In this document: positions 30,902 to 40,617 of the stretch, one piece after another
Layout of the letters: each line of letters starts with the position of its first letter
Position numbering within the stretch: position 1 is the stretch's first letter
From: Thermoanaerobaculia bacterium
GTDB lineage: Bacteria; Acidobacteriota; Thermoanaerobaculia; Multivoradales; Multivoraceae
Assembly: GCA_963666565.1 (NCBI GenBank)
Contig: OY762911.1
Location: forward strand, 160,001-224,000
Length of the DNA: 64,000 bases
Direction of reading: 5' to 3'
Notes under the pieces: model-generated
The model's input: the letters and a program-made list of their open reading frames with translations, nothing else
The model's database searches: none
What the model was told of the DNA's origin: nothing
Translations under genes and position numbers: made by a program

Positions 30902-32478
30902 CGGCGCAGTATGGCAAAGGCGGCGAGCGCGACGCAAAGCAGGGGCACGAGCAGGGGCGCCCGCGAGAAGGGAGTCGTCCCGCCGAGCGGGCCGATCCGG
31001 GCCTGCATGACGGTCGCCTCGTCGATCCCCGTGGCGGCCAGCACCTGGCCGCGCCGGTCGATCACGGCCGAGATGCCGGTGATCGCGGCCCGGACGAGCG
31101 GCCGCCCGTTCTCGGCGGCGCGGAAGCGGGCGGGCCGCAGGTGCTGGTGCGGCGCCCAGGTCCGGCCGTACCAGGAGTCGTTGGTGATCGTCACGAGCAG
31201 GTCGGCCCCGCGCCGCACCCGCGCCGCCACCTGCTCCGGGAAGACGATCTCGAAGCAGATCGACACGCCGAGCCGGGCGCCGTCCGCGTCGAGCAGACGG
31301 ACCTCGTCGCCCGGAGAGAAGCCGCCGGCCTGGCGCGCCAACTGCCGCACCGCCGGCAGGTAGCGGCCGAGCGGAACGTACTCCCCGAACGGAACGAGGT
31401 GCATCTTGTCGTAGGTCTGCCGCCCGGCGCGCGAGGCGCCGTCCGCTCCGGGCGTCAGCAGGTAGGCGGCGTTGAAGGCCCGGTCCTCTTCGCCCGACCG
31501 GTCCCGGCGCGCGCTGTTCAGGAGCAGGGAGCAGCCGCCGGCAACGAGCTCCTCGAGGTCGCGGGCGAAGCCGCCGTCCCGCTCCACTTCGTACGGCCAG
31601 GCGGCGCTCTCCGGCCAGAGGACGAGCCGGCCCGGTTCGCAAGCCTGGCGGCTGAGCGCGAAGAGCCGCCGGTAGTTCTCGGCGAGGTCGGCGAACCGCT
31701 CGTCCGGGCCGCCATCGACCATCTCGGCGGTCGCCATGTGGATGTTCGGCTGCACGACGGCCACCTCGAGGCTGCGTTCGTCGCCCAGCCGCCGGTCGAG
31801 GTTGGTCCAGCGGGCGAGCGCAAGGATCGCCGCGACCGCGGCCAGGACGGCCAGGGCCGCCCGGCGCGTCTCCCGGTCGCCGAGGCGGAGCAGGGCGAGA
31901 CCGGCTGCGGCGACCAGGAGCGAGAGGCCGTGGCTGCCGATCCAGCGGGTGGCGTCGAGGGCGCCGGGGACGTCCACCCAGGCGTAGCCCAGCAGGTTCC
32001 AGGGGAAGCCGAACGGGCCCAGCCCACGGACCCACTCCAGCGCCACCCAGACGGCCGGCGCGAGCAGCAGGGAGAGCGCGTCGCCGCGGGCGAACAGCCG
32101 GCCGGCAAGCCAGCAGAACAGGCCGTGGAAGAGCCCCAGGTAGAGCGCCAGCAGGCCGAGCAACAGCGCCGACGCCGCGCCCGGCAATCCGCCGTAGACC
32201 TCGAGCGTGGAGGCGATCCACGGCACGGCGACGAGCCACGCCACGGCGCCGTGCAGCCAGCCCAGCCACAGCCGGCGCCAGGCCGTGCCCGGCGCCGAGG
32301 CGATCGCGAACAGCGGCGCCGCCGCGGCCAGCGGCAGCAGCAACCCGGGCCGCCGGTCGAAGCAGAACGCCCACCAGACGCCTCCGCCGGCGCTCAGGGC
32401 GAGCTGGAACCAGACCGACGCAAGCAGCGACGGCGGGTCTCCGCCGCACGGCGGCAGGTCGGACGACTGGCCGTTCAG
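30898..32478 (-). CDS. lnt: Apolipoprotein N-acyltransferase
   Basis: GFPW..LGY, VQPN, WPESA, YDKMHLVPFGEY, ICFE, TNDSW; frame open to CTG 32478 overlapping upstream TGA (first standard start 32343). Confidence 0.93.
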   Translation of the reverse strand: MNGQSSDLPPCGGDPPSLLASVWFQLALSAGGGVWWAFCFDRRPGLLLPLAAAAPLFAIASAPGTAWRRLWLGWLHGAVAWLVAVPWIASTLEVYGGLPGAASALLLGLLALYLGLFHGLFCWLAGRLFARGDALSLLLAPAVWVALEWVRGLGPFGFPWNLLGYAWVDVPGALDATRWIGSHGLSLLVAAAGLALLRLGDRETRRAALAVLAAVAAILALARWTNLDRRLGDERSLEVAVVQPNIHMATAEMVDGGPDERFADLAENYRRLFALSRQACEPGRLVLWPESAAWPYEVERDGGFARDLEELVAGGCSLLLNSARRDRSGEEDRAFNAAYLLTPGADGASRAGRQTYDKMHLVPFGEYVPLGRYLPAVRQLARQAGGFSPGDEVRLLDADGARLGVSICFEIVFPEQVAARVRRGADLLVTITNDSWYGRTWAPHQHLRPARFRAAENGRPLVRAAITGISAVIDRRGQVLAATGIDEATVMQARIGPLGGTTPFSRAPLLVPLLCVALAAFAILRR

Positions 32479-33086
32479 TTGTTCGGCGTGATCCAGGTCT
32501 CGAGCCCGTACTGTTTGGCGAGTTGCTCGGCGGCGGCGGCCGCGGCGGCCTGGCCGTCGAACGGTCCCACGCGCACCCGCTGCATCACCTGGCCGTCCAG
32601 CGTCTGCGGCGACAGGAACGCGCGGTGCCCGTCCGCCCGCAGCCTTCGCTCCACCGACGCCGCCTGCTCGAGGTCGGCGCTCGAGAAGACCTGAACCACC
32701 AGCGCGTTCGCCGCGGCCGGAATCGGATCGCCGGCCGCTGCGCCGTCGCCGTTGGCGACCGTCTCATCGCCGGCAGCGGCGGCTTCCTCGCTGGCGGCGC
32801 CGTCCTCGTCGTCGGTTTCGCCGCCGAAGAAGCGGACGACCTCGGCCGGCGCCACTGGCGACGCCAGCGACGCGCCGGCGGCGGGCTGTTCGGCCGCCGG
32901 CAGGCTCGGCGCCGCTGGGGCCGGCGCACCGTCCGGCGCCGCGGCGAGGTCGGCGGCTCTCGACTGGCCCCACCACGAACCCGCCGCGAACGCGGCCACG
33001 ATCGCCAACGCCAGAAGTGCTACGAACGCGGCAATCTGGGTGTTGCCGAGGCTGACCTCATACGGTTCGTAGGGTTCGCGGCTCAC
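32475..33086 (-). CDS. SPOR-domain membrane protein (FtsN/DedD-like)
   Basis: GTG start overlapping SPFH stop; TM segment, Pro/Ala linker, VQVFS...RVRVGPF. Confidence 0.8.
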   Translation of the reverse strand: MSREPYEPYEVSLGNTQIAAFVALLALAIVAAFAAGSWWGQSRAADLAAAPDGAPAPAAPSLPAAEQPAAGASLASPVAPAEVVRFFGGETDDEDGAASEEAAAAGDETVANGDGAAAGDPIPAAANALVVQVFSSADLEQAASVERRLRADGHRAFLSPQTLDGQVMQRVRVGPFDGQAAAAAAAEQLAKQYGLETWITPNN

Positions 33087-33862
33087 TCTTTCGGTTCTTG
33101 CGGCTTCCCGCCCAGGAACGAACCGAAGGCTCTCAGCAGCTCGAGCGGCAGCGGGAAGAGAATGGTCGAGTTCCGTTCCGTGGCGATGTCCGAGAGGGTC
33201 TGCAGGTAGCGCAGTTGCAGGGTGACCGGGTTGGCGCTGATCGCGTTGGCCGCCTGGGCCAGCGACTCGGAAGCCTGGAGCTCGCCGCTGGCGTGGATCA
33301 CCTTGGCGCGCTTCTCGCGCTCCGCCTCGGCCTGCTTGGCCATCGCGCGTTGCATCTCCTGCGGCAGATCGACGTGCTTGACCTCGACCATGGAGACCTT
33401 GATGCCCCAGGGATCGGTCTGCTGGTCGATCACCGTCTGGAGCTGGTCGTTCAGCGTCTCCCGTTCGCTCAGCAGTTGGTCGAGCTCGGTCTGGCCCAGA
33501 ATCGAGCGCAGCGTGGTCTGCGCCAACTGGCTCGTCGCGAACAGGAAGTTCTCGACCTCGACGATCGCCTTCGTCGGTTCCAGCACGCGGAAGTAGACGA
33601 CCGCGTTCACCTTCACGGAGACGTTGTCCTTCGTGATGATGTCCTGGGGCGGAACGTCCAGAACCACCGTGCGCAGCGAGACCTTGACCATGCGGTCGAT
33701 CGGCCAGAGGATGAGCACCAAGCCGGGGCCCTTCGGCTTCTCCAGGATCCGGCCGAGCCGGAACACGACGGCGCGCTCGTACTCGGCCATGATGTTGATC
33801 CACCTGGTGAGCAGGAACAGGCCCGCGACGACGAGGAAGCCAATGAACGGAAGGGTGGTCAT
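33083..33862 (-). CDS. SPFH/stomatin-like (slipin) protein
   Basis: [36 protein letters not shown]. Confidence 0.93.
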   Translation of the reverse strand: MTTLPFIGFLVVAGLFLLTRWINIMAEYERAVVFRLGRILEKPKGPGLVLILWPIDRMVKVSLRTVVLDVPPQDIITKDNVSVKVNAVVYFRVLEPTKAIVEVENFLFATSQLAQTTLRSILGQTELDQLLSERETLNDQLQTVIDQQTDPWGIKVSMVEVKHVDLPQEMQRAMAKQAEAEREKRAKVIHASGELQASESLAQAANAISANPVTLQLRYLQTLSDIATERNSTILFPLPLELLRAFGSFLGGKPQEPKE

Positions 33863-33891
33863 GCGGATTCAGGTCCTTTCTGCAGTGTGAT

Positions 33892-35361
33892 TCACGAGTC
33901 GCCGACCGGTTCCACGCGCAGGGTCATCCCGTCCACCTGGACCACCCGGACACGGTCGCCCTCGGCGACGGCGACGTCCGCCTCCGCGTTCCAGATCTCG
34001 CCGTGCAGCCGGACCTTTCCCGGCGCGCCGGCGTCGATGCCGGCGCTCACCAGCCCGAGTTCGTCGAGGAGTCCCTCGCTGCCCGTCGCCACACGCCTGA
34101 ATTGCGCCTTGAGCGCCAAACGGCCCAGGCCGAGCGTCACCAGCCCGATCGTGATGCCGATCGCGACGATCAGGTTCAGGCTCGCCCGCAGCGCCGGATC
34201 GGCGTCGCGGAACAGCATCATCGCCCCCAGGCAGAACGAGATCGCGCCGGCCAGGGTCAACATGCCGAAGCTCGGGATCTTGATCTCCAGCACCCAGAGG
34301 ACGCCGGCCAGCAGCAGCAGCGCCAGTCCGGCGTAGTTGATGGGCAGCACGGACATCGCCCAGAGACCGAGGATCAGGCAGATGGCGCCGACCACGCCGG
34401 GGAAGATCGCGCCCGGGTGGGTGATCTCGAAGATGAGGCCGATCGAGCCCAGCGACATGAGCATGATCGCGATGTTCGGATGAGCGATCGTCGAACGGAT
34501 CCGCTGGAAGGCCGACATCTCGACCCGGCGCACGGAGGCGTCGCGGGTCCTGAGCGTCCTCTCGCTGCCGCCCTTCTCGACGACGCGGCCGTCGAGTTCG
34601 ACCAGTAGCGACTGCAGGCTCGGAGCGACCAGATCGACGAGCCCCGCTTCCAGCGCCTCCTCGGCGGAGTACGACCTGCTCTCCGTCACCGCCTCTTCGG
34701 CGAGCTTCTGGTCGCGGCCGCGGCGGGCCGCGAGCGAACGGGCGGTCGCCGCCGCGTCCTGGGTCACCTTGTCGCCCATCGCGCCGGGGATGTCGCCGCC
34801 GCCGCCGGCCACGGGGTGTGCGGCGCCCGTGTTCGTGCCGGGCGCCATCGCGGCCACGTCCGCGCCGAGCAGAATGAAGAAACCGGCGGACGCGGCCTGG
34901 GCGCCGCTCGGCGAGACGTAGACGACGACCGGCGTGTCGGCCTCCAGGAACGCCGTGAAGACCGCGCGCATCGCCTGCATCTCGCCGCCCGGCGTCGACA
35001 GCTCCACGATCAGCGCCTCGGCGCCGGCCAGGTCCGCCTCCTCGGTGACCTGCTCCATGAACTCGGCCACGACGACCTGAATCGCCGAGTCGATCGCGGC
35101 GACGAGGACTTCCGGGCCGGCTTCCGTTTCGAGGTCGGACGCGTCGGCGGACGCGCCTTCGGCGGGCGCGTCTCCGGCGACCGCGGCCGACTCTTCCGGC
35201 GTCCCCTCGCCTTCCGGGTCTACGGAACCTGCCGGCGCAAGGGAAACGCCTTCGTCTCCCTCTTCCGGCGCAGGAGCGGCGGCAAGCAGCGCCAGCGAGA
35301 GGAGGATCGGGATGAAGGCGAGGACCGGCCGCGCCGAACCCGCGAGCTTCGGAGCGTTCAT
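33892..35361 (-). CDS. nfeD: NfeD-family membrane-bound serine protease
   Basis: STPGG, AASAG, GAAHPV, TM bundle, C-terminal HGEIW.A OB domain; adjacent to SPFH gene. Confidence 0.9.
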   Translation of the reverse strand: MNAPKLAGSARPVLAFIPILLSLALLAAAPAPEEGDEGVSLAPAGSVDPEGEGTPEESAAVAGDAPAEGASADASDLETEAGPEVLVAAIDSAIQVVVAEFMEQVTEEADLAGAEALIVELSTPGGEMQAMRAVFTAFLEADTPVVVYVSPSGAQAASAGFFILLGADVAAMAPGTNTGAAHPVAGGGGDIPGAMGDKVTQDAAATARSLAARRGRDQKLAEEAVTESRSYSAEEALEAGLVDLVAPSLQSLLVELDGRVVEKGGSERTLRTRDASVRRVEMSAFQRIRSTIAHPNIAIMLMSLGSIGLIFEITHPGAIFPGVVGAICLILGLWAMSVLPINYAGLALLLLAGVLWVLEIKIPSFGMLTLAGAISFCLGAMMLFRDADPALRASLNLIVAIGITIGLVTLGLGRLALKAQFRRVATGSEGLLDELGLVSAGIDAGAPGKVRLHGEIWNAEADVAVAEGDRVRVVQVDGMTLRVEPVGDS

Positions 35362-35396
35362 CGCCGGCAGTCTACTTGACGGCGGTCTCGGAGGAA

Positions 35397-35473
35397 TGGT
35401 CGGGGCGAGAGGATTTGAACCTCCGGCCTCACGGTCCCGAACCGTGCGCTCTACCAGGCTGAGCTACGCCCCG
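35397..35473 (-). tRNA. tRNA-Pro (anticodon CGG)
   Basis: CGGGGCGTAGCTCAGCCTGGTAGAGCG-CACGG-TTCGGGA-CCGTG-...GGTTCAAATCC...CGCCCCGACCA. Confidence 0.97.
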
Positions 35474-35558
35474 CCGCACCGAACCCGAACGGCGCGGTCC
35501 GCGCCGTTCGTGAACCAGTCCGCGCGGTCCGCCGTCGGGCACGCGGATGGAACGCCGC

Positions 35559-35587
35559 AGGATACGGCCAGCCGGCCCGGAAGTCCA
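35559..35587 (-). promoter_or_regulatory. Putative promoter for tRNA-Pro
   Basis: TGGACT-17-TATCCT on minus strand, about 85 nt upstream of the tRNA. Confidence 0.45.
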
Positions 35588-35680
35588 GCTTTCCCGGCCG
35601 CCCGCGGCGGCAAGCGAGTCGGGCGCCCGGGTGGCGCGTTCCGCAGCACCCGTGAACCGGTCCCGGCGGCCCGCAAGCCG

Positions 35681-36454
35681 TCAGGGGGAAGGGCGCCGCG
35701 CCGGCGCAGGGATCACGATCTCCTCGTCGTCGGCCGCCCCGTGCTCGAACGGCTCGCCGTTCACTTCGATCGTCGTCGCCTCCACGCTGCTCAGCGTGAG
35801 CCGCACCTCTTCGTCGGCGGCGACGGTCAGGGACTCGCCCTGGACCCGCAGTTCGCTGACCGTGCGCTCGCCGTCCGCGTAGGCGTCGACCCAGCTCGTC
35901 CCTTGAAAGTCCATCGTGACGCGCAGGGTCGTCGCGGGCGCCGGTTCCGCCAGCACGAGCTCCGGCGCCGGTTCGGTCAGCGGCGGCGCCATCGCCTCCA
36001 CGACCTCGCCTTCGTCAGGGTTCAGAGCGGGAAGCCAGACGATCGCCGCCACGACCGCGGCAACGCCAAGAAGCACCGCCACCGTGCGCCCGACGGGCCA
36101 GGTCGGCGTCGGTCTTGCGGCGCTTTCCGTGGTCCGCCCGTAGTCGCCTCCCGAGACCGCCAGGTAGAAGTTGAGGACTTCGTCCGGATCGAGTCCGACG
36201 ATCCTGGCGTACTCCCGAAGGAACCCCCGGACGAAGATGGACGCCGGCAGCAGGTCGAACCTGTCCTCTTCCAACAGTTCCAGATAGCGGATGTTGATCT
36301 TGCTGGTCTGGACGATCGCCTCGAGGTCGACGCCCCGGACCTCGCGCTGGCTGCGAAGCCAGGCGCCGAACGACTCCCGTCCGCGCCCGGTTTCGGGCGT
36401 CCGGACCCCTTCGGACGCCTCAGGCTGCTCTGGCGCCGAAGCCCGCTCGCTCAT
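35681..36454 (-). CDS. rodZ: RodZ-like HTH membrane protein
   Basis: FGAWLRSQRE.RG, KINIRYLE.LEE, FVRGFLREYA..VGLD, TM segment, SWV...DG periplasmic domain. Confidence 0.85.
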   Translation of the reverse strand: MSERASAPEQPEASEGVRTPETGRGRESFGAWLRSQREVRGVDLEAIVQTSKINIRYLELLEEDRFDLLPASIFVRGFLREYARIVGLDPDEVLNFYLAVSGGDYGRTTESAARPTPTWPVGRTVAVLLGVAAVVAAIVWLPALNPDEGEVVEAMAPPLTEPAPELVLAEPAPATTLRVTMDFQGTSWVDAYADGERTVSELRVQGESLTVAADEEVRLTLSSVEATTIEVNGEPFEHGAADDEEIVIPAPARRPSP

Positions 36455-36633
36455 CCCGCCGCCCTGCGTTTAGCTTTAGCGAAGCACACGCTCGCGATCA
36501 TTGTACTCCGTCAAGGGAACTTGCACTCCGGTCGCGCACGCCCCGCGCGACGGCTGATACCATCCTGGGTCCCGTTGACGCACCGTCGCCGTAGTCGTGC
36601 TCGCATCGGCGCCCGGGCGCTGCCGGCCAACGC

Positions 36634-38700
36634 ATGAGGATCCCCCAAGGCACCCAGGAGAGTCTGGCGCGAGGCGACATCGACGCAGTAGAGGCGGACT
36701 GGCTGGCCGCGATCGACGGCGAGATCGAGGTCGGCCAGTTCCTCGCCGTCACCAAGGGTCTCATCCGCCTGGGCGAGGAGGACCGGGTGGGAACCCTCCT
36801 CGAGCTGCTGGACGATCAACTGCGGGAACGCGGCATGTGGGCCCAGCGCCTGGACCTCGTCCGCGGCGCGGCGCACCACTTCGTCCGCAGCGGACAGGTC
36901 TACGACACGGTTCTCGACACGCTCCGCGAGCTCTACAGCGACCGCGAATCCGACCTGAACGGCCTGCTCCAGGACCTCAACCTCGATCAGGGACGGCAGC
37001 ACGCCAACAAGCTCTGGGACAAGGTGGACCGGCTGCGCAACCTGCTGGCGTTCCGGCCCGGCGACATCGTCGAGATGGAGGGTCGCGGCGTGGGCCGCAT
37101 CGCCGACGTCAACATGCCGCTCCACGTCTTCAAGGTGGATCTTGAGACGGCGAAGGGGGTTTCGGTCGGGTTCCGCGCCGCGGGCAAGATGCTCCGGCTG
37201 CTCCCGGAAGGGCACGTCCTCCGCCAGAAGCTGGAACAACCGGAGCAACTGGAGGGACTCAAGCCCACCGAGCTGCTGGAACGCACGCTCACCAGCTACG
37301 ACCGCCCCCTGACCGGCGCCGAAGTCAAGGCGATCGTCGTCGGCATCATCCCGGCTCGCCGCTGGTCGAGCTGGTGGACCAGCGCCCGCAAGCAGCCGCA
37401 GGTGCTGTCCTCCGGCGGCCCCCGGCAGACCTACCGCTGGGTCGCGGCGACGGACGCGGAGGAGTCGCTGTGGCGCGAGTTCGAGGACGCGCCGGACCGC
37501 CAGAAGGTCGGCCTCCTCCGGCGGGCCGCGAACCAGTCGCAGGAACTGCGGGAGCGGATGGCGGCGGCGCTCGACCGCCTGAGCCGCGCCCTGACGGACG
37601 AGCGGCCCGCGCTTGCCTTCGAGCTCCGCTACGCGCTGGAACGCTACGGCAACGAGCCCTCCTGGCCAGCCGAGGACCTCCTGGCCAATCTGGCGGATCC
37701 GCTCGACTTCTTCGTCGCGGTCGAACAGCGTCCGGCCCGCGAACAGGCCTACGCCCTGCTTCCCGCCTGCCGGGACGACTGGCTCGACGTGCTGGAGCGG
37801 CGCTTCCTGCTGGAAACCGATACGAAGGCGATCGACGCGATCGCCCGCGCGCTGGACGAGGAGACGCTGAGGCGCTGCGCCGCCCGCTCGCAGGTCCAGC
37901 CCCACCGGACGCCGGCGGCTTTCACCTGGCTGGTGGAACGGGCCGCCGACGAGCCGTCGTTCCGCGAGGGCCGCCAGAGCCGCCTCCTGAACCTGCTGAT
38001 CCAGGCGCTCCGGCACGACGCCTTCGCGCCCTTCCGGCCCCGGATCAAGGCCCTGTTCGACTCCGGCGGCACGGCGCCCAGGCTGCTTCCCGAACTGTCG
38101 CTGGACGAGGCCCGTCAGGCGGAAGTCGCGATCCGCCACGCGGCGCTCGAGGACTACCGGCGCGAACCGCTGCTGGCGTCGCTGCACCTGAAGTTCCCCG
38201 ACCTGCAGGCCGACGGGGACGCCGACAGCGACGAGCTCTACGCGCTGCCGGCCTCGATCGAAGCGCAGCGGGAGAAGCTGCGGGAGCTGGTCGAGGAGGA
38301 GATTCCGGCCAACCGCAAGGCGATCGAGGAGGCGAGGGCGCTCGGCGACCTGCGCGAGAACTTCGAGTACAAGTCCGCGCGGCAGCGGCACGAGTACCTC
38401 ACCGCCCGGGCGACGGAGTTGCAGCAGGATCTGCAGCGCTCGACTCCGATCGACCTCGCGGCCGCGGCCTGCGACCGGCTGCGCATCGGCAACCGGGCGA
38501 CCTTCGAGTCGGAGAACGGCGAGCGGCGCACGGTGGCCATCCTCGGCCCCTGGGAGAGCGCGCCGGAGCGGGGAATCGTCTCGTACGAGTCGGACCTCGC
38601 CGGCCGGCTGCTCGGGTCGGCGCCGGGAGCGCGCGTGGAGCTGGACGGCGAGACGTTCACCCTGCGCGCGATCGAGGCGATTCCAGCCGACGGCTGGTAG
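36634..38700 (+). CDS. Large GreA/GreB-family protein with ~520-aa N-terminal extension
   Basis: C-terminal IEEARALGDLRENFEYKSA, ILGPWE, VSYES.LA..LLG. Confidence 0.85.
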   Translation: MRIPQGTQESLARGDIDAVEADWLAAIDGEIEVGQFLAVTKGLIRLGEEDRVGTLLELLDDQLRERGMWAQRLDLVRGAAHHFVRSGQVYDTVLDTLRELYSDRESDLNGLLQDLNLDQGRQHANKLWDKVDRLRNLLAFRPGDIVEMEGRGVGRIADVNMPLHVFKVDLETAKGVSVGFRAAGKMLRLLPEGHVLRQKLEQPEQLEGLKPTELLERTLTSYDRPLTGAEVKAIVVGIIPARRWSSWWTSARKQPQVLSSGGPRQTYRWVAATDAEESLWREFEDAPDRQKVGLLRRAANQSQELRERMAAALDRLSRALTDERPALAFELRYALERYGNEPSWPAEDLLANLADPLDFFVAVEQRPAREQAYALLPACRDDWLDVLERRFLLETDTKAIDAIARALDEETLRRCAARSQVQPHRTPAAFTWLVERAADEPSFREGRQSRLLNLLIQALRHDAFAPFRPRIKALFDSGGTAPRLLPELSLDEARQAEVAIRHAALEDYRREPLLASLHLKFPDLQADGDADSDELYALPASIEAQREKLRELVEEEIPANRKAIEEARALGDLRENFEYKSARQRHEYLTARATELQQDLQRSTPIDLAAAACDRLRIGNRATFESENGERRTVAILGPWESAPERGIVSYESDLAGRLLGSAPGARVELDGETFTLRAIEAIPADGW

Positions 38701-38729
38701 GGGCCGCCTGGCGCCACCGGGACGAAGCT

Positions 38730-38797
38730 GGCCTGACGGTCGGTGCGCTTCCTGGCCGCCTCCGGCGGCAGCGGGTCAGAAGACCCGCGCACCCAGC
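38730..38797. repeat. REP-like double-hairpin element
   Basis: GGCCTGACGG...GCCGCCTCCGGCGGC-A-GCGGGTCAGAAGACCCGC-GCACCCAGC. Confidence 0.85.
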
Positions 38798-38842
38798 GGG
38801 AGGCAGGCTGCAAGTCGCTGAAAGTGCTACACTTATAGCGAA

Positions 38843-39160
38843 GTGTCTCTGGCTGTAGAAGAGGTTCGGCGAATCGCCGAACTGGCGAGACTGCGGATCT
38901 CGGCGCGGGAAGAAGCGACGTTCGCCAGCCAACTGTCCGACATCGTCGACTACATCGACCAGCTCCGGGCGTTCGACGACGGCGCTGTTTCCCCGGAGGA
39001 CGCCGACGCCGCGGTCGACGCCGCCGACAACGATCTTCCCCGGCCGACGGGAGCGGGCGACCGTCCGCTGCTCGACCGGTTTCTCGACAACGCGCCCGCC
39101 TCCCTGGACCGTTTCCTGCTCGTGCCCCAGGTCAAGGCGGCGCAGGGCGCCGACGAATGA
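38843..39160 (+). CDS. gatC: Glu/Asp-tRNA amidotransferase subunit C
   Basis: EVRRIAELARL, LSDIVDYIDQL, NAP....FLLVP.V; upstream of gatA. Confidence 0.88.
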   Translation: MSLAVEEVRRIAELARLRISAREEATFASQLSDIVDYIDQLRAFDDGAVSPEDADAAVDAADNDLPRPTGAGDRPLLDRFLDNAPASLDRFLLVPQVKAAQGADE

Positions 39161-40617
39161 TGCGCTCGACGACGGCGGAGGGACTGGCGGAAGCGATCCG
39201 TTCCGGCGAACGGACCGCGGTCGAGACGGTCGAGGCCGCGTTCGCCCGCATCGACGAGATCGACGGGGCCGTCGGCGCCTTCCTGGAACTCTGGCGGGAC
39301 GAGGCGGCCGAACGGGCCGCCGGCATCGACCGCCGCCGGGACGAAGGGCAGCCGCTCGGTCCGCTCGCCGGCGTGCCGACGGCGCTGAAGGACAACATGT
39401 CGCTGGCCGGGCACGAACTCAACTGCGGCTCGCGCATCCTCGCCGGCTACCGGGCGCCGTACACGGCCGGCGCCGTCGAACGCCTGCTGGCGGCCGACGC
39501 CGTGCCCGTCGGCCGCGTGAACATGGACGAGTTCGCGATGGGTTCCTCGTGCGAGAACTCGGCGCTGGCGGTGACCCGCAACCCGTGGAACCTGGACATG
39601 GCGCCGGGCGGCTCGAGCGGCGGCTCGGCGGCCGCGGTCGCCGCCGCCGAGACGCCTCTGGCGCTCGGCTCGGACACCGGCGGCTCGATCCGGCAGCCGG
39701 CGGCCTTCTGCGGCGTCGTCGGCGTCAAGCCGACCTACGGCCGCGTCTCGCGCTACGGCCTGGTCGCCTTCGCCTCCTCGCTCGACCAGATCGGGCCGCT
39801 GGCGCGCAACGTGCGCGACGCGGCCCTGGCCCTCGGCGCCATCGCCGGACCCGACCCCCGGGACGCGACCTGCAGCGACGCCCCGGTCGACGACTACCTG
39901 AAGACGATCGAGGACGGCATCGAAGGGATGAGGATCGGCACGATCCGCGAGGTCAGGACCTCGGCGCTCGAGGGCGACGCCGCGCGCGGCTTCGAGCGGG
40001 CGCTTGCGGCGCTCGAGCGCCGCGGCGCCGAGCTCGTCGAGGTCAGCGTCCCGTTGATCGAAGCGGCGGTCGCCACCTACTACGTGCTCGCCAACAGCGA
40101 GGCGAGCGCCAATCTCGCCCGGTTCGACGGCAGCCGCTATGGCCACCGCGCCGCGCAGGCACGCTCGCTCGGCGAGATGTACGCCGGCAGCCGCAGCGAG
40201 GGGTTCGGCCCCGAGGTGAAGCGGCGCATCATCCTCGGGACCTTCGCCCTGTCGTCCGGCTACTACGACGCCTACTACGGAAGAGCAGCGCGGATCGCCG
40301 GCGCGCTGCGGCGGCAGTTCGCCGAGGCCTTCGGCGCGGCCGACCTGCTGGTGACCCCGACCTGCCCGGGCAGCGCCTTCGAGCTCGGCGAACGGGTCGA
40401 CGACCCGCTGGCGATGTACCTCTCCGACGTGTTCACGACGCCCACCAGCCTGGCCGGCATCCCGGGCGTCTCGGTTCCCTGCGGCCTCGACGGCCGGGGG
40501 CTTCCCCTCGGGCTCCAGATCCTGGCGCCGCCCTTCGCCGACGCCGCCGCCCTGCGGGCGGCCCGCGCGCTCGAACGGGAAACGGGCTTCGAGTGCCGGC
40601 CGGAGGCCGTCCGATGA
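39157..40617 (+). CDS. gatA: Glu/Asp-tRNA amidotransferase subunit A
   Basis: KDN, NMDEFAMGSS.ENS, GGSSGGS, GSDTGGSIRQPA, EVKRRIILG. Confidence 0.96.
   Translation: MMRSTTAEGLAEAIRSGERTAVETVEAAFARIDEIDGAVGAFLELWRDEAAERAAGIDRRRDEGQPLGPLAGVPTALKDNMSLAGHELNCGSRILAGYRAPYTAGAVERLLAADAVPVGRVNMDEFAMGSSCENSALAVTRNPWNLDMAPGGSSGGSAAAVAAAETPLALGSDTGGSIRQPAAFCGVVGVKPTYGRVSRYGLVAFASSLDQIGPLARNVRDAALALGAIAGPDPRDATCSDAPVDDYLKTIEDGIEGMRIGTIREVRTSALEGDAARGFERALAALERRGAELVEVSVPLIEAAVATYYVLANSEASANLARFDGSRYGHRAAQARSLGEMYAGSRSEGFGPEVKRRIILGTFALSSGYYDAYYGRAARIAGALRRQFAEAFGAADLLVTPTCPGSAFELGERVDDPLAMYLSDVFTTPTSLAGIPGVSVPCGLDGRGLPLGLQILAPPFADAAALRAARALERETGFECRPEAVR

Noticed and set aside
35397-35473. tRNA-Pro as an island integration site
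   Set aside because: Flanked by core genes, no integrase, and no duplicated tRNA 3' end seen in the window.
12126-35473. A single proline-themed supercluster (proC, putB, oxoprolinase-like, cyclophilin, tRNA-Pro)
   Set aside because: The genes lie in separate transcription units with unrelated genes between them; the tRNA link in particular is likely coincidence.
35474-35680. 6S or other ncRNA upstream of tRNA-Pro
   Set aside because: Explained by a promoter-like sequence, a short hairpin and a degenerate REP piece; no long 6S-like rod is evident.
39549-40613. 953-aa ORF overlapping gatA
   Set aside because: The upstream part is a shadow frame of gatA; the amidase starts at ATG 40614 with a signal peptide.
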